Made by a program: the position numbers and the translations under genes. The notes beneath the pieces are model-generated. The model made no database searches, was not told the origin of the DNA, and saw only the letters and a list, made by a program, of their open reading frames with translations. Shown piece by piece: positions 39,594-48,979 of a stretch of DNA of 52,294 nt. Source of the DNA: Chthoniobacterales bacterium (GTDB lineage Bacteria > Verrucomicrobiota > Verrucomicrobiia > Chthoniobacterales > JBDTJR01); the NCBI GenBank assembly GCA_039935735.1, contig JBDTJR010000258.1, positions 1 to 52,294 on the forward strand. The letters are read 5' to 3'. Each line of letters starts with the position of its first letter. Positions within the stretch are counted from its first letter, which is position 1.

Positions 39594-39762
39594 TGCTGAA
39601 TCCTTAGGTAATCCATTGAAGCCCGAATTACAAGGGTGTTTACGAACCTACAATTTTACAATTTAAGGATATCTGAATTTTTTAGATAAACTATTTAATA
39701 TTAAATACTTACAATATATAAATAATCTCTGAATTTTAAAGGTTTTCGTATTTATATACAAG
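39594..39762 (-). promoter_or_regulatory. Very AT-rich promoter region of the MoxR/VWA cluster with a 16-bp perfect palindrome
   Basis: TATTTAATATTAAATA at 39692-39707, within an intergenic stretch far more AT-rich than the flanking genes. Confidence 0.45.
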
Positions 39763-40920
39763 TTATCGGTACCATGCCTTGACCAGATTCAAGGCTTTTC
39801 CGCCCGGCAGGACTCCCGTTTCCATTTGGTTCATGACGTAGGAAAAGCCTATAGAGTTTTCGGGGTCAGCAAATGCGAGCGATCCCCCTGCTCCAGGATG
39901 TCCGAATGCGGACAACGACGGGCCAAAATGTTGCCGCTGTTTTTGTCCCGCAGCATCAAGCGGATCTTTCATGAAGCCTGCTGAAAATGCCGTTTCCATG
40001 CACAATACTTTGTCCGTTCCCTGCACAATAATGTGCTGCATCTCGGCAAGCGTGCGCTCCTTGAAATAATTTTTGCCATTCCATTTCCCTCCATTTGCCA
40101 GCATCGCGTAAAACTTCGCCAGGGAAGATGCGGAGGATATCCCACCCATGGAGGGAATCGATGCGCCACGTGTAGCAGGACTATTCATCGCCGTGATACT
40201 TGAAAACCCCGCCGGTGAAACAAAAGCAGCGAATGTCAAAGACTGGGGATCGGCCATGGCTTCCAGAAAAGGATTCCGCCCGTCATCACATCCCGTAACG
40301 CGTGGCGCCAGAATACGCGCAACGCGATCATGGTATTCCGCAGGCAATCCGATCCATGTATCCAGTTCCAGGGGATCGCCAAATTCCTTTCGCCAATATT
40401 CACCCAGCGACATTCCTGACAAACGGCGCACGATTTCATCGACAATAAATCCATACGTCCTCGGCCCGTAACCATGTCCGTGGCCCGGTTCCCAGCGAGG
40501 CTGTTGCTGCTCAATTGCGTGGATGACATTTTCGTGCTCCAGGATGCTAAGGGTTCGTGAATCCAGCGCACTTAAACCGGATTGATGTGATAGAACCTGA
40601 CGAAAAGTAATCTCCTCTTTTCCATTATAGCCAAACGTAGGCCAGATTTCCGCGACCGGGGTATCGAGTATTTGACCGGAGTTTTCAAGCGCATGAAGAA
40701 CCGTGGCGCTTGCGAGGCCCTTTGTGGCGGACCATATTAATACCAGCGTATCGCGTTGCCATGGTTGGTTCGTCGCACGATCCGTTACTCCACCAGCCAA
40801 TGAAAGAATCTCTGTCTCTCCCTGCCAGATGGAAACCCCGGCCCCTACTTCACCACGACTTGTAAAATTTTCTTCGAACGCCTTTGTGACACGGCCGACG
40901 GCATCTTTTCCAAAATTCAT
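39763..40920 (-). CDS. Serine hydrolase, beta-lactamase class C-like esterase family
   Basis: SxxK motif (WSATKG), LSHQSGL, WEPG..HGY and FGHPGAGGS. Confidence 0.9.
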   Translation of the reverse strand: MNFGKDAVGRVTKAFEENFTSRGEVGAGVSIWQGETEILSLAGGVTDRATNQPWQRDTLVLIWSATKGLASATVLHALENSGQILDTPVAEIWPTFGYNGKEEITFRQVLSHQSGLSALDSRTLSILEHENVIHAIEQQQPRWEPGHGHGYGPRTYGFIVDEIVRRLSGMSLGEYWRKEFGDPLELDTWIGLPAEYHDRVARILAPRVTGCDDGRNPFLEAMADPQSLTFAAFVSPAGFSSITAMNSPATRGASIPSMGGISSASSLAKFYAMLANGGKWNGKNYFKERTLAEMQHIIVQGTDKVLCMETAFSAGFMKDPLDAAGQKQRQHFGPSLSAFGHPGAGGSLAFADPENSIGFSYVMNQMETGVLPGGKALNLVKAWYR

Positions 40921-41387
40921 TTCAACAACTCGCGGATAGGCGCCAGATCGGGATCATGCTGAGCGATGTCGCGAAACTCGGAATTCATCTGGATGCTTTT
41001 GCGAACATACTTCCCGGCATCTTCCTTGTTTCCCAGACTAGCCTCGTAGCATCCCAGGTTATAAAAAAAAGTGGCTTCGCCTTTGAGAGACTCTGGCCCC
41101 GCTAAAAGCATTTCCTTCGCTTGCTGCGTCTCTCCTAATTCATGCAGGCAGAATGCGCCATGGATGTAACCGATCGAAAGCGCGGGATTTACCTCCCGCA
41201 ATGTTTCACTGACCTTCAAGCCCTCGCTCCAGTCATGCGAGCGCATAAGGATGAGAAGGCGCAGTTGCAGCGCATATTCATTTCTTTGCTCTTCGGAGGA
41301 AAGCCCGTCCAGTTCCTTTAGTCCTTCATTAAGAAGACCAAGTTCCATATATCCCTGGGCGGCATTCATTCTGCGCTCAAAACTCAT
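40917..41387 (-). CDS. Small TPR-like protein
   Basis: AAQGYMELGL...IHGAFCLHELG...YNLGCYEASLG...AQHDPDL helical repeats; ATGA overlap with the hydrolase gene. Confidence 0.8.
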   Translation of the reverse strand: MSFERRMNAAQGYMELGLLNEGLKELDGLSSEEQRNEYALQLRLLILMRSHDWSEGLKVSETLREVNPALSIGYIHGAFCLHELGETQQAKEMLLAGPESLKGEATFFYNLGCYEASLGNKEDAGKYVRKSIQMNSEFRDIAQHDPDLAPIRELLK

Positions 41388-41439
41388 TGGCGTGAATGTA
41401 ACCTTTCCTCCAGAAATGCAAACAAAAGGCTTTCGGGAT

Positions 41440-44127
41440 TTATAACTGGGCAGTTACCGCCGCCAGCGCTTCATCCAACTTCGCAGGATCTTTGCCGCCT
41501 CCGCGCGCATTATCGGGACGCCCCCCGCCCTTGCCGCCCACGATTGGCGCGATCTGTTGAATAATCTGCCCGGCTTTTACTTTTCCGGTGTAATCCGCTG
41601 TCACCGCAGCGACTAGAGCTACCGCGCCCTCCGTTGCTCCGCCCAGCACGATCACCCCCTTGAATTGGGATTTCAAAGAATCTGCTATGGCCTGAAGGGT
41701 ATCTCCATCGGCATCGCCTATATTCGCGATGATCGCAGGAACCCCGTTGATCTCCTTTGCCTTTGCGACAAGGTCCTTTGCCTTGCCAGCGGCCTCCTTC
41801 AGATGAAATCCCTTAAGTTGTTTTTCCAGTTCCTTCTGGTGACTGAGCAAACTCTCGATGCGTTTCTCCATCTCCGCGACGGGTGCATTAATCTGTCCTG
41901 CAATTTTTTTAATAAGTTCAGCTTCGGAATTTGCCCGGCCATAAGCTTCCAGTCCGGCAACGGCTTCGATACGTCGAATCCCGGCTGCGATGGCCGCCTC
42001 ACTTACAATGCGGAAAATACCGATCTCTCCGGTAGCTCGCGTATGCGTGCCACCGCAAAGTTCCATACTGTAGCCGTCGAGCGCATGAGACACGCCGCCA
42101 ATTTGCACCACGCGGACCTTGTCTCCGTATTTGTCGCCGAAAAATTGCATGATGTCCTGCCGAGACTTTACTTCCGAATGCGGAACCTCAATCCAGGAAA
42201 CTGGAGCATTTTCAATAATGCGCTCATTGACCAGACGCTCAATGTCCGCAACCTGACTCGCAGTAAGCGCGGCGTGATTAAAGTCGAAGGTCAGTTTATC
42301 CGGCCCGACAAAGGAACCTTTCTGCGATGCCTCCTTGCTCACCACCTCATGAAGCGCCCAGTGAAGCAGATGCGTGACGGTGTGATGCCGCTCGATAGCT
42401 ACACGTCGCACACGGTCAACCTCCAGCGTGATGTGATTTCCCACAGCGGGCCCATCCTGTTCATCCAGAAAATGCAGCCATGTGTCGCCCGATTTCTGAG
42501 TATTGACGATGCGCCACATTTTCCCAGAGCCACTGATTTCACCGGCATCGCCCACCTGACCACCCATCTCGGCATAACACACAGAGTTATTCAGAATAAC
42601 GGCGGTCTTGCCTTTCAGGGAAACGACCTCCAATACGTCCGCACCGGAGTGGTTATGATCGTAGCCAATAAAGTGGGTAGGATCTTTCGTGCCGATTTGC
42701 GAAAGCTCGATGACTTCCTTTTTCTGCGCTGCCCGGGCACGAGTCTTTTGCTGCTCCATGAGTGCCGTGAAGCCTGCAACATCCACTGTGAGTCCACGCT
42801 CGCGCGCCATTAGCTCCGTGAGATCCAAAGGAAACCCCTGCTCATCATAAAGACGGAAGGCGAAAGCACCGGAGAGCGATTTGTTTGCAGCGCCGAGGGC
42901 TGTAACTTCATTTTCAAAAAGTGTGATTCCCTTGTCGAGTGTGCGGTTAAAAGCCTGCTCTTCCATACGGATGACATCGCGCACATGATCGCGCCTCTGG
43001 CGGATTTCAGGAAAGACTTCTCCCATCGTTTCCGAAAGCACGTCCACCAACTCGTAAAAGAAGGGTTTGTGCAATCCGAGTGCACGTCCGTAACGAACAG
43101 CACGACGAAGAATGCGGCGAAGAACATAATTGCGATCCGTATTTCCCGGTTGAATGCCATCGGCAATCGCAAAACCCAGGGTACGGATGTGATCCGCGAT
43201 GACACGGAATGCGACATCGATTTTTTCCTGCTCGGTATCGCCAATGCTTCCGGGCTTCGGCAGCGTGGAATGATATTTCTTTCCGCTCAGGTGTTCGAGC
43301 TTGTCGAAGATGGGGCGAAAAATATCCGTCTCGTAATTTGAAATGGTACGATCAAACGTCGTGAAATTATTCGTGCACTGAATAATCGAACTCACGCGCT
43401 CAAAGCCCATTCCGGTATCCACATGCCGCGCGGGCAATGGCGAGAAGGTGCCGTCCGCATTTGCGTTGAACTGAATAAACACGAGATTCCAGATTTCGAT
43501 GCACTCCGGCACGCCTTTGTTTACAAGACTGCCATTTGTATCTCCCGCCGGAGTAAGGTCGACATGGAGCTCACTGCACGGGCCGCAAGGGCCGGTATCA
43601 CCCATCATCCAGAAATTGTCTTTTTTATTTCCGTTAACGATATGCTTTTTGGGATCTAGACCGACCGATTCGAAAAGTTTCACCCATTGATCGTAAGCCT
43701 CCTGGTCAAATTCAGAGGGATCACTGGCCTCAGGTTTGTATACCGTGGCATAGAGACGATCCGCCGGAAACTTCCACACCTTCGTGATAAGCTCCCATGC
43801 CCACTCGATCGCTTCATTCTTAAAATAATCCCCGAAAGACCAGTTACCCAGCATTTCAAAAAATGTGTGGTGATAGGTATCGAGACCCACATCCTCGAGA
43901 TCATTGTGTTTCCCACCCGCACGGATGCATTTTTGCGTATCGACGGCGCGGCCCGGCGTATAGGGACAATTCCGCTGACCGAGAAAGATGGGAACGAATT
44001 GATTCATCCCCGCATTGGTAAAAAGCAGATTCGGCGAATCCGGCAACAGGCTCGAGGAGGCAACGGCCTCGTGTTTCCTGGCGCGAAAAAAATCAATAAA
44101 GGACTTCCGTATTTCTGATGATGTCAT
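41440..44127 (-). CDS. alaS: Alanine--tRNA ligase
   Basis: LLFTNAGMNQF, HHTFFEMLGNWSFGDYFK, NFWMMGDTGPCGPCSE, EIWNLVF, DTGMGFER, editing motifs HHTVTHLLH/ELCGGTH and GGKGGG. Start taken at MTSSEIR (44127). Confidence 0.98.
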   Translation of the reverse strand: MTSSEIRKSFIDFFRARKHEAVASSSLLPDSPNLLFTNAGMNQFVPIFLGQRNCPYTPGRAVDTQKCIRAGGKHNDLEDVGLDTYHHTFFEMLGNWSFGDYFKNEAIEWAWELITKVWKFPADRLYATVYKPEASDPSEFDQEAYDQWVKLFESVGLDPKKHIVNGNKKDNFWMMGDTGPCGPCSELHVDLTPAGDTNGSLVNKGVPECIEIWNLVFIQFNANADGTFSPLPARHVDTGMGFERVSSIIQCTNNFTTFDRTISNYETDIFRPIFDKLEHLSGKKYHSTLPKPGSIGDTEQEKIDVAFRVIADHIRTLGFAIADGIQPGNTDRNYVLRRILRRAVRYGRALGLHKPFFYELVDVLSETMGEVFPEIRQRRDHVRDVIRMEEQAFNRTLDKGITLFENEVTALGAANKSLSGAFAFRLYDEQGFPLDLTELMARERGLTVDVAGFTALMEQQKTRARAAQKKEVIELSQIGTKDPTHFIGYDHNHSGADVLEVVSLKGKTAVILNNSVCYAEMGGQVGDAGEISGSGKMWRIVNTQKSGDTWLHFLDEQDGPAVGNHITLEVDRVRRVAIERHHTVTHLLHWALHEVVSKEASQKGSFVGPDKLTFDFNHAALTASQVADIERLVNERIIENAPVSWIEVPHSEVKSRQDIMQFFGDKYGDKVRVVQIGGVSHALDGYSMELCGGTHTRATGEIGIFRIVSEAAIAAGIRRIEAVAGLEAYGRANSEAELIKKIAGQINAPVAEMEKRIESLLSHQKELEKQLKGFHLKEAAGKAKDLVAKAKEINGVPAIIANIGDADGDTLQAIADSLKSQFKGVIVLGGATEGAVALVAAVTADYTGKVKAGQIIQQIAPIVGGKGGGRPDNARGGGKDPAKLDEALAAVTAQL

Positions 44128-44134
44128 GGTAGTA

Positions 44135-45574
44135 TTAAGGTTGTGTTGACGGCAGCTCACTCACGGAAGCCGCCGGCCCTGCAAACTCCGTGCGCCATAT
44201 TTCCGGCCCGCCTTCAATAAATGTCTCAACTCCCGCCGATACGACAAGCACTTCGGGGCTATTGTCCTTCTGTGCGTATATTTTGTCTCCGACCTGTTTA
44301 CCAAATACAATTTTGGAAATATCATGCGGCCCCGCCTGTTCCTCAGGGGTATTCTCTGAAAGCCATGCCTGGAATTGCAATGTAAGCGTGGGTTGATCGA
44401 TCCCAAACTTCGCAATATCTTCAGGGTCAGCGGTAATAAATCGTTCTGCTTCCACTTTCCCTAGAAATTTCAGTAATCCTTCCACCGCACCCTCCGGCAA
44501 GAGCTGATCTTTCCCGTCAACGATGGTAACCCATCCTCCATTCCTGCGGCGGAGTTCGGTGATTCCCTTCGCGGTTTGCATGACAATCCGATCAAGGACA
44601 TCAGGATTCATTCGGAGCAAAACTTTGTCACGAAATGCTTCGGGTGTCACACTGAGCATCTTCACAACTGCATCCGGTAGTTCGTAGGTCGAACTTCTTG
44701 ATGACAACTCCGCCAGAACACCCCCTTTGCCATCGGAAGCCGACGGGCCCAGCCGAAGCGTTATTTCTTTCCCGTCGGAATTTTCCGGTTGAATGATTAA
44801 TTGCGCGGAAACATCGGGAAGGGAATCCGCATTCTGCCCCGACACACCGGAGGAAACCAGCTTCACGATCTGCATCCCGAGAATACGATCCAGAAATTGA
44901 TTTACTTTGGCAGAGTCGGCATTCGCATGAAGAGGCTTCATGATCTCCCACTGGTTTGCTTTGCGCTCCAGCCGCATTTCCCCCTCAGGACGCTTGATTA
45001 CAAAAGCAGAGACCTGATCGCTATGAAGATTCGTGAGATGCTTGTCGCGAAAATCATCCAGATTGCGAAATGCAACTTCCTGCAGCGCATCTCCGACAAT
45101 ATAAATATCCTCGGAATCCCCACGGCGCATATAGACCCGCTTGTCTCCCGTGGCATCTTTCCCAAAAAGTAACTCTACCTTTTGATCACCCCCGAGCTCA
45201 ATCGTCTGCTTGGAATTGGAGAGCCCGAAATCGTGCGCCTTGAGCCCTGACTCACGCGCATTGCCCACCGTCATCACATCCAGAATTTTCAGATCCTGGG
45301 CGGCGCGAAGAATTTTTTCCACCGCTTCACTGGAAGCGTTATCCTTTTCCGGCTTCACGATTTTCCATCCGCTATCGCGCTTTCGCAATTCGATGGGTTG
45401 CGTCCCACCACCGCCAATCTTAATGAAATTGACTTGACTGGGATCCATTTCAAGGACATACCCCCCCGCAATCTGTCTCTTGTGCGCGTTTTTAAGCTGC
45501 GGCTCGATAAAGAGAAGAAACATTGCAAGTGTGGCAGCCAACAGCAGCAATGCGAGGGTTACATAGCGGTTCAC
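44135..45574 (-). CDS. DUF4340-domain protein (repeated domains)
   Basis: N-terminal TM anchor, then repeats of W.I.KP...A...V...L...FGL/FGI. GTG start at 45574 overlaps the upstream TGA. Confidence 0.8.
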   Translation of the reverse strand: MNRYVTLALLLLAATLAMFLLFIEPQLKNAHKRQIAGGYVLEMDPSQVNFIKIGGGGTQPIELRKRDSGWKIVKPEKDNASSEAVEKILRAAQDLKILDVMTVGNARESGLKAHDFGLSNSKQTIELGGDQKVELLFGKDATGDKRVYMRRGDSEDIYIVGDALQEVAFRNLDDFRDKHLTNLHSDQVSAFVIKRPEGEMRLERKANQWEIMKPLHANADSAKVNQFLDRILGMQIVKLVSSGVSGQNADSLPDVSAQLIIQPENSDGKEITLRLGPSASDGKGGVLAELSSRSSTYELPDAVVKMLSVTPEAFRDKVLLRMNPDVLDRIVMQTAKGITELRRRNGGWVTIVDGKDQLLPEGAVEGLLKFLGKVEAERFITADPEDIAKFGIDQPTLTLQFQAWLSENTPEEQAGPHDISKIVFGKQVGDKIYAQKDNSPEVLVVSAGVETFIEGGPEIWRTEFAGPAASVSELPSTQP

Positions 45575-47073
45575 CGCCGTCTCCTCCACCACGCAATAAT
45601 CCCCATGAGCGCCGCAATCCCCGGAATAACAATCATGGTATAGAGCGCAATGACGCCCGTCTGCGAATCATTCAGAACGAGAAGAAACTGCTGCGTGTTT
45701 TTTGGCGCAATTCCTGAGAGCTTCCCGCGTTCAAGCATCCAATTCATCGAATTCAAAAAGAAATCGACATTCTGTTCATTCAATCCCGTATCGAGCACGC
45801 AGTCTTTATTTCCAACAACGACCAGCTTAGCGGAACGGAGCGCCACATCCTCGTCGTTCGCCCCGCCCCGTTCGGCGGATGCAGCGATTGTCACCGGGGC
45901 CTTCACGTCCACGCCCTCGTCGAATTTCACGCCTTTCTTTTCATCCGTAACGTAGTCCATCTCCCCCCAGTATTCGTCGCTTGCCATAATAAGCGGGCGG
46001 AGCGTGAGCTTGGCTGCCGCAGCCTTGGGCCACAGCAGATCCAACGATTGTGTTGACCCCTGGAACAGCACATTGGCGCCCTCCAGACGTTTCGTGGGAA
46101 CGGCCCCCGCAATAAAGTGCGCCTTAACTTCCCGCATAATACCGATAATCGCGGCGGAAATCCTTTGCACCGTCAATACCCGGTCATTCACAACCTTGAT
46201 TCCGTGTAACTCAAGAAATGCTTCCAGCTTCGGAGTCTTTGCTTCGGGATCGAGGTAAACAAGAAGCGAACCATTCTGCTGCCAGAATTGCTCAAGCTGC
46301 TTCAACTCCGCATCGGAAAGATCATAGCGCGCTCCGACGATGACAATCGCCCCCGCATCTCCCGGAAACACGGGTACATCCTGAAGATTCAAGGGAAGCG
46401 CCTTCATGCTCTGCCTTGTGATATAGTCGCGTAGCAGACTCAAAAAAGGCCCACTGGCAAACTCCGGCTCCCCATTCCCCTGTAAAAAATAAATCTTCCG
46501 GTCATCGGGCTTAAGCACCGAAATCAATGCGGTGGTAAATTCCTGCTCCCCGGTAAAGGCAATCACACGCGGTGGTTCTCCCATCGATACTGGAGTGCTG
46601 TCCCACTGCGCCATTTGGCTAACGGGAATGAACCGCGTATGGCCGTCATAGTCCAAAATGACGACATTCTCGCTCGCGCCAAACTTGTACTGCGCCTGCA
46701 CTTCGCGCGCACGCGTCAGATTTCTAATGGGATCAACGGACTCAATGGTCATGCTCTTGCGTGCGGCAAACTGCACCTCATTGAGGAAATTTTGCACATC
46801 TGCCCGCAATATGACATCCGGCGATGCCGAAGTCGGTGAGAAATAAACGATCACCTTCAGCGGTTTTTTGAGTTGCCTCAGCACTTTCCGCGATTGGTCG
46901 GACAGGACAAATTTTTGCGACCGCGAAAAATCCTTCCGCACGTAGTAATCAAATCCGACGATATTGATCCCCATCACGATGATCGCCATCGCGAGAATTT
47001 GCAGCGCGACGCTGACCTGGACTCCCGATCGCAGATTGGTTGTTTTTTCCTCTTTCTCGTCTGTGGAAGACAT
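45571..47073 (-). CDS. GldG-like ABC transporter auxiliary protein
   Basis: TM, then DFSRSQKFVLSDQS..VL..L, KIYFLQGNGE, N..FFLNSMNWM and C-terminal TM ending WWRRRR. Confidence 0.85.
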   Translation of the reverse strand: MSSTDEKEEKTTNLRSGVQVSVALQILAMAIIVMGINIVGFDYYVRKDFSRSQKFVLSDQSRKVLRQLKKPLKVIVYFSPTSASPDVILRADVQNFLNEVQFAARKSMTIESVDPIRNLTRAREVQAQYKFGASENVVILDYDGHTRFIPVSQMAQWDSTPVSMGEPPRVIAFTGEQEFTTALISVLKPDDRKIYFLQGNGEPEFASGPFLSLLRDYITRQSMKALPLNLQDVPVFPGDAGAIVIVGARYDLSDAELKQLEQFWQQNGSLLVYLDPEAKTPKLEAFLELHGIKVVNDRVLTVQRISAAIIGIMREVKAHFIAGAVPTKRLEGANVLFQGSTQSLDLLWPKAAAAKLTLRPLIMASDEYWGEMDYVTDEKKGVKFDEGVDVKAPVTIAASAERGGANDEDVALRSAKLVVVGNKDCVLDTGLNEQNVDFFLNSMNWMLERGKLSGIAPKNTQQFLLVLNDSQTGVIALYTMIVIPGIAALMGIIAWWRRRR

Positions 47074-47074
47074 A

Positions 47075-47830
47075 TCAGGAAGACCAGCGCCGCCGCTGTA
47101 ATGCGTGGAAGGTTAAGAAAAGCATGAAGCCCGTCATGCTGAAATAGAAAACCACTGGCCTGGAATCAAATATCCCCTGGGAATATTCGGCCATGTGATG
47201 AATCGGCGACAGATAGGCCGTGAGATCCTGAAGGAACGGACTGACATTCAGAATAAAGAACGTGAGCCAGCCCATGAAAAATATCATCGCGATCGCCACA
47301 AAGGAAACGATGGCCGAGACGATCTGATTTTTTGTCAGGGACGAGGTAAAGCATCCGATGGAAATATAAAACATCCCCATCATCAAAAGCATGGAGTAAG
47401 CACCCAGGTAAGCGCCTGCCGCGGAAGCCGCCTCGCGATGCGTTTGCCACTCAAAGATCGCAAAATAAAGCAGGCTGGGCGCCCAGAGAATGGCGTAAAA
47501 CGCGAGTGCGCTCGTAAACTTAGCAAATACAACCTGCGCATCATGTACGGGAACGGTCATCAGTGGCTCGATGGTGCCCATCTTATATTCCTCCGAAAAC
47601 AAGCGCATCGTAATGAGCGGAAACACGAGGATGAACGTGAACCAGAAAAAGCCCGTATTGAAAAACGCCTGCACCATAGTGACTTCCGTCGCCACGCGAT
47701 TAATCAGCGTGACGCCGACGTAAAAATTAAAGCCCGTGATCAGCAGGAAAAAGAACAAGACAATATACGCGAGCGGAGAATGGAAATAAAATGCCATCTC
47801 GCGAGAAAAAAGTGTTAAAAATCGGCGCAT
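47075..47830 (-). CDS. ABC-2 type permease (GldF-like)
   Basis: REMAFYFHSPLAY, PLITMRLFSEEYKMGTIEPLMTVPV, SSLTKNQIVSA; about six TM helices. Confidence 0.9.
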   Translation of the reverse strand: MRRFLTLFSREMAFYFHSPLAYIVLFFFLLITGFNFYVGVTLINRVATEVTMVQAFFNTGFFWFTFILVFPLITMRLFSEEYKMGTIEPLMTVPVHDAQVVFAKFTSALAFYAILWAPSLLYFAIFEWQTHREAASAAGAYLGAYSMLLMMGMFYISIGCFTSSLTKNQIVSAIVSFVAIAMIFFMGWLTFFILNVSPFLQDLTAYLSPIHHMAEYSQGIFDSRPVVFYFSMTGFMLFLTFHALQRRRWSS

Positions 47831-47836
47831 TTTTTA

Positions 47837-48781
47837 TTACTCCTCTGCGTGTGTGATCTCCGCAAAAACGTCCTCCAGAGTGGCCCGCGAGCGCGATAAC
47901 TCCCGCACTCTCCAGTCTTCCTTCTTCGCTACACGAAATATCTGTTCTCTCGGGTCGGTGCCCAAAGTCGTGCTGAGAGCAAAGGATGTCCACTCTCCAT
48001 TAGTCTCAAAAGTCACTTCCTCCACTCCCTCAAGGGCGGTAAGCGCCTTTTGCGCATCGGCCGCATTTTTTACCGAGGCCTCCAGCTTGATTGCGGCACT
48101 CTTACCCAGACGCGCCCTGAGATTTTTTGGTGTATCGGAGGCTTCGATTTTACCTTTATTGATAATAATCACCCGGTTACAGGTCATTTCCACTTCGGAA
48201 AGAATATGGGTGGAAAGAAGAATGGTATGGTGACGGCCCAGATTTTTGATCAATTCCCGGACTTGGCGGATCTGGTTGGGATCAAGGCCAATGGTCGGTT
48301 CGTCCAAAATAAGAAGATCAGGCTCGTGAAGTAGCGCATCAGCCAGGCCCACCCGCTGCCGGAACCCCTTCGACAAGGCGCCGATCAACTTGCGATCCAC
48401 CTCTTGAAGCCCGCAAAGCTCCTTTACATCCTCTGTCCGTTCCTTGACCCTCCGGGCTCGGACGCCTTTAAGGGCGGCCCGATATTCCAGGTATTCGCTG
48501 ACCCGCATATCCGGGTAAAGGGGCACATTTTCCGGCATATAGCCGATTCGCTCCCTGGCTTTGAAAGATTCCTTATAGACATCGAACCCCGCAACTCTGG
48601 CTATTCCCGAGGTAGCCGGGAAAAAACACGACAAAATCTTCATCGTAGTGCTCTTTCCTGCCCCATTGGGCCCCAAAAAGCCCACAATCTCCCCTTTTTC
48701 CACCTCAAAGCTTATGCCTTGCAGGGCGGAAACTCCGGCATACTTTTTTGTCAGATTCTCAACTTGAATCATCGGTGGCAT
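47837..48781 (-). CDS. ABC transporter ATP-binding protein (GldA-like)
   Basis: GPNGAGKST, LSKGFRQRVGLA, LILDEPTIGLDP and STHIL. Confidence 0.95.
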   Translation of the reverse strand: MPPMIQVENLTKKYAGVSALQGISFEVEKGEIVGFLGPNGAGKSTTMKILSCFFPATSGIARVAGFDVYKESFKARERIGYMPENVPLYPDMRVSEYLEYRAALKGVRARRVKERTEDVKELCGLQEVDRKLIGALSKGFRQRVGLADALLHEPDLLILDEPTIGLDPNQIRQVRELIKNLGRHHTILLSTHILSEVEMTCNRVIIINKGKIEASDTPKNLRARLGKSAAIKLEASVKNAADAQKALTALEGVEEVTFETNGEWTSFALSTTLGTDPREQIFRVAKKEDWRVRELSRSRATLEDVFAEITHAEE

Positions 48782-48979
48782 AGGAACCTTTCTTGGTAGC
48801 TCAGTAACCTCTCACTGACAAGTTAGACCTTTCCCTTGCGAAATTGGAAATCTTTGCCAAGATATATGGTCTCGTGCCTTTACGCAGGCGATGAATGAGA
48901 AAAGAGCCGGATTTTGCGCGGCAGATCTCACATCACCTGCGTTATTATATAATGGATATAGTGTATTAAATATTAAGAG

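Noticed and set aside
39763-40920. Beta-lactam resistance gene
   Set aside because: No signal peptide, and GHPGAGG stands in place of the KTG triad; this fits an esterase-type serine hydrolase.
41665-42813. 382-aa plus-strand ORF
   Set aside because: Antisense shadow of alaS.
45571-48781. Gliding motility locus (gldAFG)
   Set aside because: The similarity is family-level only and no gldK/L/M/N or spr genes are in the window, so gene symbols were withheld.
48790-48870. GGTAGCTCAG resembling a tRNA D-arm
   Set aside because: No T-loop (GGTTCGA), acceptor stem or cloverleaf follows.
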